Positions 12,751 to 26,870 of a DNA stretch of 64,000 nt are shown one piece after another (position 1 is the first letter of the stretch; every line of letters starts with the position of its first letter). The stretch is from Octopus bimaculoides (lineage: Eukaryota), in contig NC_068998.1 of assembly GCF_001194135.2 (NCBI RefSeq), positions 51,748,981 to 51,812,980 on the forward strand. The letters are read 5' to 3'. The translations under genes and the position numbers were made by a program. The notes under the pieces were generated by a model, which was not told where the DNA came from, did no database searches, and saw only the letters and a program-made list of their open reading frames with translations.

Positions 12751-15397
12751 CTAGACACACACACACACACACACTTAGGTGCAGGTACAGGTGTGTGGTG
12801 AAGATGCTTGCTTTACAACTGATTTCAGGTTCAGTCCCACTGCACAGCACCTTCAGTAAATGTCTTTTGCTATAGCCTTTTTGCTTGAACCCTAGGATTA
12901 AGGCTGGTTAACTGTTTCCATGGTGAATAAGTGACCCAAATCACAACATTCTCCTGCAGGGGATGCCAGTCCATTGCAGGATTCAAGACCTGCAATTCTG
13001 AGAGGAGTGAGCAAGTCAATTACTTTGACCCCAGTACTTGACTGGTACTTTATTTTATCAACTCTAAATAGATGAAAAACAAAGCTGACTTCAGTAAGAT
13101 TTGAACTTAAACTGTGAAGAGCTGGTAGAAATGCTACTAAGCATTTTGTTTAGCATGCTAACCATTCAGCCAGTTCCTCACCTTATTGGTCATATCACTT
13201 GATTAATATTTATTTCATTGACCCCCAAAAAGATGGAAGTTCAAAGTCAGTGTTGGTGGAATTTGAACTCAAAGCATAAAGGGCTGAAATCTGAAATTAA
13301 GTACCACAAAGCATTTTGTCTGATGCTCTGATGATTTTCCTATTCCGGTAATAACTTTGCATTCAGCACTGTGCTTGTTCAGGTACAATTGGGAAAAGCA
13401 CACATTGAAAATAAGACTTCTGAAAAATATGTTCAACCAAGAAGAGGATATTATTGAACAAGCTTGGGTTCTCATAAGCAATTACAGCTCAATATTAAAT
13501 TTATGAAAGGTGTGAATACCATAGAGTATTGAAATAGTTGATTTCTCAACCTCTCATCATGATTAGAAAGAAGTAAATGTCCTATTGGTTCCAAAGAAAT
13601 ATGTATATATATATATATATATATATATTTCATATTGATTTCAGAGAAGAAAGAAGTTGGAACTATGTTATGGGAGTTGTTAGAGCATTAATGAAAGGAA
13701 AGTGCTGCAATTGGAAATTGAAATGAACTGAGTTGAAAGAAAGTCTCTATAAAATTGAGTCACAACAGCTTGGTTTGAACTTGTCTTTTTAGTCTACAGT
13801 GCTTGACAATAACATACCTCAAATATACACCTGTTAGCTGTGACTCTTTAAAACCCTCTTAGTGTTTCCTCTATATAGATCTTTCAATCCTCTTAGAAAA
13901 TACAAATTTTGATGGAATTTAGCTAGTCATTATCATCATTGTCATCACCATCTTCTTAAGGGTCAGATCGACTTTGTTGAAGTAGATTTTCTACAGCCTG
14001 ATGTCCTTCCTGTTGCCAACCCTCATTTGTTTCCATGCAAGTGAACATTTCTTCATAACTGGACATGCTTTTAACAAGGATTGAAAACAAGTGGTACACA
14101 TAAAACCAAGATGAGAAAGCACACACGTGCGCACACATACTAACACGGGCGTTTTTCAGTTTATGTCTACCAGTTCCATTCATAAAACTTTGGTCAGCCT
14201 GAGACACACTTGCCCAAGGTGCCACTAAGTGGGACTGAACCTAAAACCAGGTGTTTGGGAAGTAAAGCTTCTTCACCACACTGCCATTACTGTGCTAACC
14301 TTCCATTTTTAATAGGATAGGATGTGAAGGCACGTGGGTCAGTGGTTAGGCTATTTGGCTCACAATCTTACTATCACGAGTTCGATTCCCAGCAGTAAAT
14401 TGTGTCTTTGAGCAAGACACTTTATTTCACATTGCTCCAGTCCACTCAGCTGGTAAAAATGAGTTATACCTGTGATTCACATTGTGTGTCATGCTGGATC
14501 TCTCTGAGAACGACATTAAGGGTACATGTGTCTGTGGAGTGCTCAGCCAGTTGCTCATTAATTTCATGAGCAAGCTGTTCCATTGATCGAATCAACTCAT
14601 TGTAATTAGCAGAGAATCAAGCTGGATGTGATATGAGGAGGATTTGTCCGCTATCTTTAGGAGGTTCAACAGCTAAATAGAGGCTTCTTTGCTGTTCTTA
14701 TTACAATGCATCAAGAATCTTACTATGTATTGTGTCCTTCCTTTTCTCAGATAATAAGATGGGAAGTGAGGAAGATTGTCTGTTATTTTTAGCATGTTGA
14801 GTGACCACATACAGGTTTTTCCATTGGCTCCTGACAAATATTTATCTCTTTATGTATGACATTTTAATGTTATGTTTAATAGTACTCACTGTCTTTGACA
14901 TATCTGAGAGATAAAATTACAAAGTGACTACAAAGTTACTGAAATCGAAGTAAAATATATCAAATATATTGAACAGTTGATATTTTCATCAAAGTATTTG
15001 CTGCCTCCAAAAGTTACAGATATTCACTTGACTATGGTTAAGAACTTTGCTTCCTGACCACATGGTTTCAGGTTCAACCCCATTGTACGGCACCTTGCGC
15101 AAGTGTCTTCTATTATAGCTCTAAGCAGACCAAAGCCTTGTGCATAGATCTGGTAAATGGAAACTGAGAGAAGCCTATCATATATATATATATGAGGAGA
15201 TAGATGAATAGATAGGTGAGAGCAGTGTTTATGTCTCTTTGTGTAGACATTGTGCAACAGTTGCAAATGCGCATAACTTTCACACAGACTGTGGAAGAAA
15301 TATTACTTTGCCTGGAAATAGGTGAAAGTTTGTGACCGGAAGAGATCCTTGTCTTAGAAAATCTACCCCATGGAAATCTCTTTTATCTATGCGCCCT

Positions 15398-15692
15398 TTC
15401 AAAGCCTAGCCAGGTTCATGGGCCCAGTTTCCCGGTTTCTATGGTGTATGTGTCCCCCACTCCAACTGGACGGGACACCAGTCCATCGCAGCGTTACTCA
15501 AGAAACTGGAAGAAAGAGTGAGAGAAAGTTGAGGCAAAAGAGTACAACAGGGGTTGCCACCACCCTCTGCCAGAGCCTCGTGGAGCTTAGGTGTTTTCGC
15601 TCAAATAAACACAATGCCCGGTCTGCGAATCGAAACCGTGATCCTCCGACCGCGAGTCTGCTGCCCTAATCACTGGGCCATTGTGCCTCCCA
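15398..15692 (-). mobile_element. Young, CpG-rich tRNA-derived SINE
   Basis: Reverse complement starts ggaggcacaatggcccagtgattagggcagcagactcgcggtcggaggatcacggtttcgattc, with A and B boxes. Confidence 0.75.
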
Positions 15693-16039
15693 AGGAAATC
15701 TCTACCTATGCAAAATGGAAAAATGGATCTTAAAACAATGATGATGCTAATGGTAAGATAGCCTCTATGTGGTTGCTATATCTGTTAGAAATAGTAGCCA
15801 GAATATCTATCAAATCATATTCTCTATCATTTTGAACAATAAAGCATAGACAGTAGATAATGCAATCCTAAATGCTGTCCAAATAGAGTGGATGTTTACA
15901 CTAGAATGTCATTGATCATTGTGCTTGACCAGGACTGGCCTAATAAAGCTACAGAACAACAATAAACATTGACAGAAAAATATTTACTGATTACTCGTTA
16001 GGGAAACACTTCACTTTGAATAATCCAATCAGGAGCAAT

Positions 16040-16640
16040 TAGCAGAAACACAACATATAAAATGGTTTGCTATAAATGCCTAGAACATACTCTAGAGGGA
16101 GTCAATAGCTTTTGTTGCCTAGGTGAACTAATTAGCAATGGAGGTGGGTGGTTTGAAAACATAATTGCCAGAGTAAGAACAAGGAGGAAGTTACTCTGCT
16201 AGTAACAAAAATTTTTCCTCTCAGAGTGAAGGATAGCAAAGTTACATGACAGCAAGGTTGAGGCCTTGAATGTGGAGAATTTGCTACTGTTGGAAAGAAA
16301 TCAGATGTGCATGCATTGTTGAATGTGTAACATTAGTGTGCATGAACAGTGAACAGAGCTTCAATGAGCTGAGAGAAAACTGTGTGTAAGAGGAATCGGA
16401 TGCAGTGTACAAGAGTGAAGACTATGTTGGTATGGGTACAGGAAATGTTTAGAAAGTGTCAGAGGCATTTGTATAAAAAAAATTTCCAAGTTCTCCGAGT
16501 GAATGGAATTTGTGGATGACTGAGGCTTATGAAGATATGAGATGAAATGGTGAAGATTGATCTCAAGAAGCTGAACCTCATTACAGAGATGACAAAGGAC
16601 TATAATTAGTGGAATCTTTGATAGAATGAAAATATAAGAA
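16040..16640 (+). mobile_element. RTE-clade LINE, decayed reverse transcriptase C-terminal region
   Basis: Broken translation LEGVNSFCCLGELISNGGGWFENIIARVR...EMVKIDLKKLNLITEMTKD, typical of RTE C-termini. Confidence 0.75.
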
Positions 16641-17958
16641 AACAGTATAAATTTTGTTTCGTCAGCAATATTAGTTAGAATGCTCTCTAGCAAAGAAATT
16701 CCCAAAGAGAAATAGTCCATATTATTGTTATTTAACTACCACCCTCTCAAGCCAGCCCTAATTGAACAGATCCATGATCAAAAGCTTTCCAGCTATAACC
16801 AGCCTGTTTTGGATTGTTTTTTTGTTTGTTTGTTTTTGTATATTAAGGACTATACTATTCAATACATCTGTTGTTTAGCCTCAAGTTAACTCTGTTTGAG
16901 CAGACGTATAATCAAAAGCATTTAAATCATGCCAATCCATTCCTAAAACATTGTCTTGTATGTCCTTCCATTTTTTAAGAGTCTAGTATGTGATATAATT
17001 AAATTTGGTTCCTGTGTCTGTCATGTCACCCAATTGAGTAATGATTCCCTTAACTTTTGTAATTCTCTATACAAGATAGTATGATGTGATTTGAGAAAGA
17101 TTTAGTTGTTTTTATCAGCAAGTCAAATGAGTGTGTAGAGTCGCCCTCATGGACAGAAATAGTAGATTGTAATTTCAGATAGAGTTCCATATGCAATGAG
17201 GGGTACAAGTATTTTTGATAATCAGCTACCATTGTTACTATTGTGTTAGAAGTGCTGCAGAATAGATTGGAGGTTTTCATTTGTGGTTCACAAAGAAAAA
17301 GTTAGAATTTCCAGTTGTACAATCAACACTGGAACACTTGCAGAAGAATGCACCATTGAAAAAAAATTAGGAAATAGGGTTCTTGATTCAGACAATTCTT
17401 TCGGCTTCATTAGTTATGAGATATATCAAGATCTAACTTTTAAACTCATAAAAGAATGATCTATCTTTATTTGATACAAAATGACTGTTTTTTGCTGTTT
17501 TTTCTTTTTTAATTTCTTAAAAATGTTCTATTCAAATGAAGTTATTACCTACAATAGAAAAAGGCAAAAAAAATGATAAAACAAAATAGAAAAAGTAAAG
17601 CAAAAAATTTAAAAAAAGACAAAAAATGTAATGTTTTCTGCTGCTTCTATTGATCTATACAGCAATATAAGTATATTTGTAAAACATAACTAGCTTTGTT
17701 CCATTAATATCTGTTTTGTCTATTAATATCTGTTTCTCATTAGCTGCACTTTTGTTCTTTTGTTCAGTATTCTTTCTGGGGAATTGGATTAATGTCTAAC
17801 AACATATAGCAATGGTATATTTGTTTTGTCAAACATTTTCATTTTTTACTTTTTATTTTTATGTTTTAATACTATTTTCAACAAGTGAATACTTTTGTTT
17901 ATGCTGGTAGATCCTGATAATCTTGAATAACTACAAATATATTTGTGTTGCTTGATGA

Positions 17959-17998
17959 CATTCACTTTGAAGCATTTCACTTTGAAGCATTTCACTTT
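17959..17998. repeat. 15 bp tandem repeat (atttcactttgaagc) x2.6
   Basis: Direct inspection. Confidence 0.85.
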
Positions 17999-18018
17999 CT
18001 TCAAATAATAACTATACT

Positions 18019-18058
<40 letters not shown>

Positions 18059-19279
18059 AAGAAGCAAAAATCTTCTGCATATTTAATGAATAAATTATTG
18101 ATTTTTACTGGTAAATGGAAATATTTCATTGATTTCTCTTTATAGAAAGGTTCATTGAAAAGAATCTGTTAGTGTTTTGCTTACACTTAAAGTTTCAAAC
18201 TCATCAGATATTCTTTTGACATAAGCACACACAAACATATGTTCTCACACACCACCGCCACACATGTAGATACAGCGGATCCTAATGTTCATCTCAAGTT
18301 CAGTGTTTCCCCATCAGCGATTGTAAAAATGACATTTCTTCTAGTGTCCTGATTTTTTTTCATTTTCTTCCAGTATGACTTAAATATAGACAAACACAAA
18401 TGAAATAGCTATATGTGTATATCTATATATGTGTGTGCGTGTATGTAAATATATATATATACATATTTGTCTGTGGATGTATCATCATTATCATCATCAT
18501 TTAACATCTGCTTTCCACACTGGTATGGGTTGGACTATGTGGATTGTTGGTGATTTTTTTATACAAAATATATACAAAATATACCTTTTCATTTGTCTTG
18601 CTTGCTTACATTCTGGCATTTGCTGAATTTTCTTGAGAACAATCTTTTCTTAGTAGTCAGACCATAGGTGTTCTTCTTCTAGCATAATGGATGTTCACTT
18701 AGTGGTCATCCCTCTTATATGTTTGTAATATAATTTTTTTCTGAATCTTCAGATTTTTCAATTTGCTAGGCCACTGGTTTTAAATTGATATTAATCATAT
18801 TAATATTCAATTTTTCACCCTTATTATTTAAATTTAATCTAAAATATGTTTGCCACCAACTTCTCTCTTCTCTGACAGTAATTGATATTGATAAATCATT
18901 CACAAACTTGCTTCACCAAATGATGTGAGAAAGGGCAATTTTCCTTATTTATAAAGAAGAAATATATACATAACAGCAAGTGTACTTTATAAGCCAATTC
19001 GCTGTCATTTCATTTGGTATGTTCCATCTTGCATGCCCAGTGCCATTGATGCTGTGGACTGATTAATGACGTCAGTCGCGAAAGATAAGAGTAATGATGC
19101 CATTGATCATTCATCTATGTAATATTTCTAATAAATTAATGAGTTCTTTGTTTGTTGGCTAAATATTATGGATTGGTCTGGAATCCTATTCATATATAAT
19201 TGTCTAGCTATTTCTTTGAAACGTAACAACATTTTGATATTGCTGTCTCTTTTTCTCTGTTGCATTGGCAATAGTATAT

Positions 19280-19900
19280 TTTGTTGTTGTTATTGTTGTT
19301 GTTTAGCTTTGATCAAGTAAGTCTATGATCAAAGATACTGCAACCAGGGCCATCCTATATTATTTTTAGGGGTGTCTAGGTCTATTTCAGGTCTCTTTCT
19401 TTTTATCTCTCTTTTTTTTTATTTTTAGTATTTTTAAATAAAGCTTGATTACAGATTTGGTAAGATTGTTCTGATATGGTTACATCCCATCTTTTTGTAT
19501 ATCCATGATTACATTATCTAATGTGTCCTTCCTTTTTCCAAGATGCTAGGATTTAATTTGAAGGCGATTTGGCTGTGATTTCTTGCAAATTTAATTTTGA
19601 TTGTTAATTCCCTATTTCCTGTGTTTTTGTGAAATTTTGTGAGGACCTGCTTAGTGTTCTATTAATTTGACTTCCTACATTCAAATATGCAGTTTTTTTT
19701 GTCCTGTTAGAAATAGCAGCCAAACCCTTCTCAGATCACAGTAAAACTGTCTTAAAAAGAAAACAGAATTAGACTCATTGGATAATATGATCTTCAGTGC
19801 TGTTTGTGTGTGTAAGCAAAAAATGAAAAAAAGGATGGTCACAGCCAAAATGTCTTTTGATCACAAATCTTCTAAATCAAGATTAGCCTGAGGCTTACTT
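19280..19900. mobile_element. Two oppositely oriented copies (~19280-19600 minus, ~19700-19900 plus) of the abundant (AAC)n-tailed repeat family E (ctatgatcaaag.cattccagctatgaccatcc); many other decayed copies, e.g. ~9745-9910, 11030-11150, 12095-12240, 16735-16990, 22620-22810, 54440-54640
   Basis: Recurrent core motif throughout the window. Confidence 0.65.
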
Positions 19901-20000
19901 CAAATTTAGTGATATTAAATTACTTCAGTAGCACTAAGTAATTCTATGAAGAATATTTGTGTCTGAGATTTTCATTAGTTTCCATAAGTCAGTGGTGACT

Positions 20001-20005
20001 ACTAC

Positions 20006-20050
<45 letters not shown>

Positions 20051-20127
20051 CATTATTATTATTATTATTATTATTATCATTATTATTATTATTATTATTA
20101 TTATCATTATTATTATTATTATTATTG
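20001..20127. repeat. (ATT)n microsatellite with periodic ATC interruptions; related tracts at 21501-21610 and 32174-32230
   Basis: Direct inspection. Confidence 0.95.
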
Positions 20128-20679
20128 CAAATTTTAAATAAAAGGCTGAGTATTCTTTCAGTATTCATTCTTTTCTGTCTCTCCTCTACGAAGCCAACTA
20201 TTACCCATCCAATCTGTATCTGTTTCATTACCTACAGTTTATTTTAGTATAACTTCAGGGAAACAACAATGCCTTAGAAGTGATATTTATTTTTTTTTCT
20301 TCTATTTTGTTTTATTTTCTTTTTCTTTGGTTTCATTCATTTTGTGAAGAACAGCATTGTTGATTACAGATTTCCAATAGACCAATTACTGGTCGGTTAG
20401 CCTCAGGTTATCTATCATCCTGATTAAGCGTGACCTAGTGGTTATGGTAATACATTCATGTTCACATGGTTCTTGGTTCAGTTCATGGACTGAAAAGTGT
20501 GTGGGGTCCTTAAGCAAGACATTTCATTTCCCATTGCTCTAGTCTGCTCAGCTGGAAATAAATAGCAGCTGAATGCTGGTGCAGCCCTTTCTATCCTTCT
20601 GACTATCATATCTGCGATGTTTCACTTGGTCAAGAGTGAGAAGGCCAAGGGAGTGTCCATGCCTTTTCTACTCTAGGCA

Positions 20680-20875
20680 CAAGGGCCGACATTTTTGGGG
20701 AAGGGCCCTGTTGATTAGATCGACCCCAGTACACAACTGCCACTTTATTTATCGACCCCAAAAGGATGAAAGGCAAGGTTGACCTTGGCAGAATTTGAAC
20801 TCAGAACGTAAAGACAGACGATATACCGCTAAGCATTTCGCCTGGCATGCTAATGTTTCTGCCAGCTCAGCACCT
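20680..20875 (-). mobile_element. SINE-like family A copy
   Basis: Reverse complement matches 232-445. Confidence 0.85.
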
Positions 20876-21740
20876 TCCAAAAGATCCACGTCTGGTCCCA
20901 ACTACAGAAGCACCTACAACAATTAAGGAAAGTGCAGTATAAGCTGATAGGTTATATACTCACATTTGAGTACTGGTTCAACAGATATTTGATCAAAAGC
21001 TTTTCAGCCATGACCATCCATTGTAATTCTTTTGTTGTCATTTTTATTCAGACATAGTGTATCAAAGGTAGTATCAGCCAATGTATTCTCCCATTTTTTA
21101 CCTCTGAGATTGTACAGTGTGACTTAAGAGAGATTTGGCTGATATTTCCAGTGGGTCGTAAACTGTGTAGAAGCTGTCTTGTTTATTTGCCTTTCATTCA
21201 GTTGGGGTCAATAAAGTAGTACCAGTTGAGCACTGGGGTACGATGTAATGACTTCCGCACCACTTGAAATTGCTGCCAAAATTAGAATTATTATGATGGT
21301 GAGCTAGCAGAGTCATTAAATCACCAGACGAAATTCTTCGCAGCTTTTCTTTTAGCTCTTTGCATTCTGAGCTCAAATCCTGCAGAGTTCATTTCACTTT
21401 TCATCCTTTCAGGGTTGGTAAAATAAATTTACCAATAGTGGATGAGTATACCTTTTGCCCCCTACTCTGAAAATACTGACATTCTGTCAAAATTAGAAAG
21501 AATTATTATTATTATTATTTTTATTATTATTATTATTACTATTATTATTATTATTATTGTTGTTGTTGTTGTTGTTTTTGTTGTTATTATTATTACTGTT
21601 GTTGTTGTTATGTTTTGTACTAGATTTTATCATTTAACTTACCTCACACCAGCAGGAAATGTAATGTAAATGATGTTTATGATGTTGACAACAACAACAA
21701 AAAAATAATGTATAAAGAAATACATTTTAATTTTTCCTTA

Positions 21741-21777
<37 letters not shown>

Positions 21778-22505
21778 ACAGAGATTGTTTGTTATTTTTA
21801 TTTACTATTAACTGCAGATTTCAAATTTCCTCTCATATAAATCTGCCACGTATAAAACTTTCTACTTAACTCTACCAAACACTCTTTGATAACTAAAGAT
21901 AATGAATAACAAATAACAAAGAATAATAAGTAAAAAAAACAAAAAAAACAAGGGGGCTGGTTTGTCCATGGTTAATCCTTTGATGCTTAATTTATATATC
22001 TCTTATTTTGGTCTGAAAATAACCATCAAGCTTGAAGATTTATATCATTTCAAATTACAGAAAACATGATCTGGAAATAGATTTCAGTCTATTCCATTTG
22101 ATTTTGTTTATCTTTTCTTAATGCTATATTTTATATCAGGAACAGGCATGGCTGTGTGGTAAGAAGTTTGCTTCCTAACCACATGGTTCCGGGTTCAGTC
22201 TCACTATGCGACACCTTTGGCAAATGTCTTTTACTATAGTCTTGAACTGAACAAAGTTTCGTGAGTGGATATGAGAGATGGAATCTGTAAAAAAGTCTGA
22301 CATATATTTATTGTGTTTCAGTCACTAGCTTATAGCAATGCTGGGGCAATGCCTTGAAGAATTTTTGGTAAACAAATTGACCCCAGTACTCATTTTTACT
22401 TTCAAGTCTAGTACTTATTCTATCAGTTTCAGTTACAGGGACATTAACACACCAACACCAGTTGTCAAGTGGGTGGGGTGGGGGACAGACACAAAGGCAC
22501 ACACA

Positions 22506-22560
22506 TACAGGGTGACCCAAAAATAGGTTTACAGTTATTTAACTGTAATATATTGCAATT
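22506..22560 (+). mobile_element. Tc1/mariner-type TIR remnant
   Basis: ta-CAGGGTGACCCAAAAATAGGTTTACAG; partner end not found. Confidence 0.4.
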
Positions 22561-23654
22561 TTTTCTTATTACCTTTGTCTTGTAATATTTCCATTTATTA
22601 ATGAAGCCTTCAAATGTTGCTGTTTTTGTTTAACCTCATATCGGCTCTGATGCCAGCAAACCTACGATGAAAGATTTTTCAGTCATGACCATTCCTTTTA
22701 TTTTATTCAGAATGAATATCTGTATCTAGAACCTTATTACCCAGTTCATCGTTGCTTATATAAAACAACAGGATGTTAGGACTATTTGGCTGTTATTTCT
22801 AACAAATTGTGCAAGTACACAGCAGCTCATATATTGTCTCGTTTTCGGCTGTTTTTGAAATACACCATTTAAAGTCTTTATGAAGAATCCAAGAATTCTA
22901 AAGTACATTTTATTGTTCTTGGAATCATTTAGGTCATATCTGCTGCTTCGCTGTTTCTTTCAATATGATTCTTTGAAAATAATGTGGAATTTTTTTCAGG
23001 AGTAATTTTTTTTTAATCCTTATTCATGTAGACTTTGCCTCTCCTGATTATAAGACTTCACATTTTTCTCCTGAACAAAATAATACCTTTCAGAACGCCC
23101 TCCCCTGCCCCCTTTTTGTCTATGATTTTGCTATTTTCATTCTTTTGCCAAAACCAATCAAGAACATTCAATTAATTCTTAATATAAAAATATAAATAGA
23201 TTTATTATGAATTCCATTGCTATAAGATATAGCACTATATATGCGAGTGTACACTATACATTATATATATATATATATGACAATGAGCACGTAAACAAGA
23301 CAACATGGGAGAGACTAGTTTTAACAAATGTAATTATTTTAACAAACGTAATTAGTTTTAAAAAGAAGGGAAGGAGTACTGACATTTCAGATGTTAATCA
23401 TTCATCATAGCAAATGAAAGAATGAGAAAAAGTGGTTGGAATAGGAAAGACAATAAGAAAGAATGATTAGAGACCAGTTGGGAATGTGATTTTTTGGCAG
23501 CAAGTTAAGAAGGGAGGAGGTGATAGAAGACAGGAACATTCAAATATTACAAACACACGAAGGAGTCTTTACGTGGTTGGTCTCTCTCTCACTCCACTAT
23601 ACACACACACATATACACACACACATATACACACACACATATACACATATAAGT

Positions 23655-23880
23655 ATGGATATTGAGCATGGTCAGTGCCGGTACCACCTGACTAGCCCTT
23701 GTGCAGGTGGCACGTTAAAGCAGCCTCTACACTCTCGGAGTGGTTGGCATTAGGAAGGGCATCCAGCTGTAGGAACTCTGCCAAATCAGATTGGAGCCTG
23801 GTGCAGCCTTCTGGCTCACCAACCCTCAGTCAGACTGTCCAACCCATACCAGCATGGAAAGCGTTAAACAATGACAATTA
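23655..23880 (+). mobile_element. RTE-derived 3' tail copy
   Basis: High identity to 6713-6910 in the opposite orientation. Confidence 0.8.
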
Positions 23881-23916
<36 letters not shown>

Positions 23917-25611
23917 CACAATTTGCTTTCTCTGGCTGTATCAACAGAGGTAGGCTATCTACACTATCAGTAAGATAGATACATCAAGTATAATATGCTG
24001 GTATATTTCCTGGAAAATAGCTGATAAAAAAATCCCTGCTAATAGAATGTGCTTAAAAGGATAATATTATTACTGTAAATATAATATTGTCATGCAAGTT
24101 TGTTTAAAGAAATAGGTTTTTTTTTCTGTTTTGTTTTGGAAACTCTTTTCATTTCTTAATGTATCTAACATAATATTTAGCCATAGGTGCAGTCATAGCT
24201 GTGTGGTTTAGAAGCCCAGTTTCCAGCCATATGGTTCTGGTTTCAAATCTACTGCATGGCAGCCTCAGCTTTATCTGCATAACAAGTGAAACTTGATAAG
24301 CAGAAACTGTGTAGAAGCCTCTGTGTGTGTGTGTGTGTGTGTGTATACACCAATGTAAATTGGTGCATCAGGTTATGCTGGAGACATAATATGTAGTGCC
24401 ATGACCATCCTGTCTTTTGTCATATTGTCCAATGTGTCTTTCTTTTTATTAAATGTGTTGGATGGTGTGATTCAAAGGATATTTAGCTGCTACTTCTTTT
24501 TACCCGGAGAAGCCACCTCTAGCCATTGAGAGAGCTTTTACAACTGAATATACTAAAATTAGCAGCCCAGTATCCCTCAACTCACATTGACCATCTTGGG
24601 AATGAGGATACATTAACTAACATGAGCTTGGGTGAACTGTGCTTTCACAAATCTACTCAATCAGAGCTATCCTGTGGCTATACAACACCAGCAATGTAGG
24701 GATTCTTCTGTTTGTCTAAGGAATATATATCATTGATTTCTTTAAGGTGTAAATTTCAAAAACGTTCTACAGTTTTATTCAATCTTTTTCATTGATTTTT
24801 CTTGTTCATTTAAAATCAACTACAAGAAGCAAAAAGAAGAAATGGTAAAATAAATAAAGAAAGACATTAAAGAAATTCTTGAAATAAAAATCTTTTCGTT
24901 AATGACTATTTTGAAACATCATTTCTATCTAAACGATGCTGATTATTGATTACATATTGTGTCCTTGGCAGTTCCTCAGTCACACTCATCATTCTACTGA
25001 GATGGTGTTTCACTTATATTGAAATTCACTTGAGAAAAATGTTATTAGTACCATTAATTAATATTTAAAAAAAAAATTTATTTTTGTTAATTTTTACTAA
25101 ACATGGAAGAAATCTTTATTGAGAATGTATGAGATTTGTTAACAATGACAAACTTTTAAAATCTGCAATTATTTATTGACTATCCAGCCTCTTTAATGTG
25201 CATGCTGTTTAATGTATCTCATGATTAAAGTTATTTTAAAATCTAAATGCTCGTTCCATAAGAGTGCGATTAATTAGGTATCAAATTTATGACTACTAGT
25301 CATAAATTCGTTAAATAAATAAAATAATATTCTGCAATAATAAAGTCTGTATGTGTGTATCAGTCTGTATTTAGAGTAATCTTTCACTTCCTCGTTCAAA
25401 ATGTGACAAAAGTTTCCAATTTAATTGTTATATTTTACTTTTTACTTTTAACTTGTTTCCGTCATTAGACTGTGGCCATGTTGGGGTTTTAGTCAAATAG
25501 ATCTACCAAAGGGCTTATTTCTTTTAAGCCTGGTACTGAAGAGTCTTTTATGCAAGACTGCTAAATTACAGGGATGTACACAAACAAACACTGATTGTGA
25601 AGCAATAGTGC

Positions 25612-25642
<31 letters not shown>

Positions 25643-26148
25643 TTTCTCTCCACCATATCTACCCATAAGGCTTTGGTCTAGCCAGGTCTATAGTAGATGT
25701 CAAGATGTCACACGTTCAAACTGAACCCAGAACCATATGGTTGGGAAGCAAACTTCTTACCATGCAGTCACACCTGTACCTACTTAATCTAAGTTTTATT
25801 TTTTATTTTTATTGATATCACATTTTTGCAAACCACTTCATTGGTTACAAGATTCCAATGCATCAATCATTGTTTAAATGCTTTTATTCATGTAAGAATG
25901 ATAAGGGACTACCAGGACAAGTTGGGCAAAACAAATACTGCACAGTCTTTTTTTCTTTTTTTTCTTTTTCTTCTTTTTTTTTTAAATGAATATGTTTATG
26001 GATATTCTTGCTAATGTTTATATCTTTAGGTGATATACATTAACAAAAGATATACACATATATGCATGCATATATAATATAACCCAGTTACGATTGGCTG
26101 AAATGGATCTGTAATTCTGTATATTTGGATTAATACACATACATTCAC

Positions 26149-26456
26149 TCACACACACACACACACTAACGACTTTGAAAATGTTAGAAACATTCTGTTT
26201 CTTAAGCCTAAATAGTAACTCAAAGAAACATAATTAATAAATATCTTGTTGCTTAAATGCTCTTTGCACAGTTCATAAGCCAATTGGTTTAACAACTCGT
26301 TCCACTGTAAAAGGAGTAAAATCTCTTGAGAAATCAGAAAATTCCTCACTCTGCATCTGATGAAATTATTGCTTATTCTTTCATCACTTCTAAAGTTCAG
26401 CTGGCTTTTTAATATCTTAGAATTAAATGAAGTAATCAAATGCTTAAAAATGAACT
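26149..26456 (-). CDS. Candidate exon or ORF (FIFKHLITSFNSKILKSQLNFRSDERISNNFIRCRVRNFLISQEILLLLQWNELLNQLAYELCKEHL...)
   Basis: About 100 open codons in non-repeat DNA, acceptor cacctaatttatAG with branch-like cctaat; 3' donor uncertain. Confidence 0.3.
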
Positions 26457-26729
26457 CTATAAATTAGGTGCTTTATTAGCCTTCTACAAGAACTATCACC
26501 AAAGTACTGTGACATATGGTATAATGGTAAAAAGAGAAAAGGAAGCTTTTGTGTGTGGATGTATTTCTGTTTCCTTGTCTTAACATCACACACTAATTGG
26601 TTGGGTCGTTGGCTATTGAACTGGTAACACCATCAAGTTTGCTTGTTGAAGTGGGTGATTGTTGGATACCCTGCAAGACGAAAAATAAGATCCATCAAAG
26701 GGCGGAAGAACTACTGTGTAGTCAATAGC

Positions 26730-26870
26730 CAATGCAACAAGCACCTTGCCGTGGTGGAGTGCCTGTGTGCTCCATTGACCTGGAGAGCTATGCTAGAGGG
26801 AGATAAATCTTCAGGCAGGTCTTACCAGGCCAGACAGGTCGAAGGGTAGGAGACAGGCAAAACCTTAACC
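26730..26870 (+). mobile_element. RTE LINE 5' UTR fragment
   Basis: caccttgccgtggtggag...gagagctatgc...gccagacaggtcgaagggtagg resembles the RTE 5' UTR motif as I recall it. Confidence 0.55.

Noticed and set aside
15370-15669. 99 aa GC-rich ORF, and similar ORFs at 32168-32530, 23699-23953, 57247-57564
   Set aside because: They lie within SINE or RTE-tail copies
19107-19114. TGACGTCA (CRE-like site)
   Set aside because: A single 8-mer with no promoter context; can occur by chance
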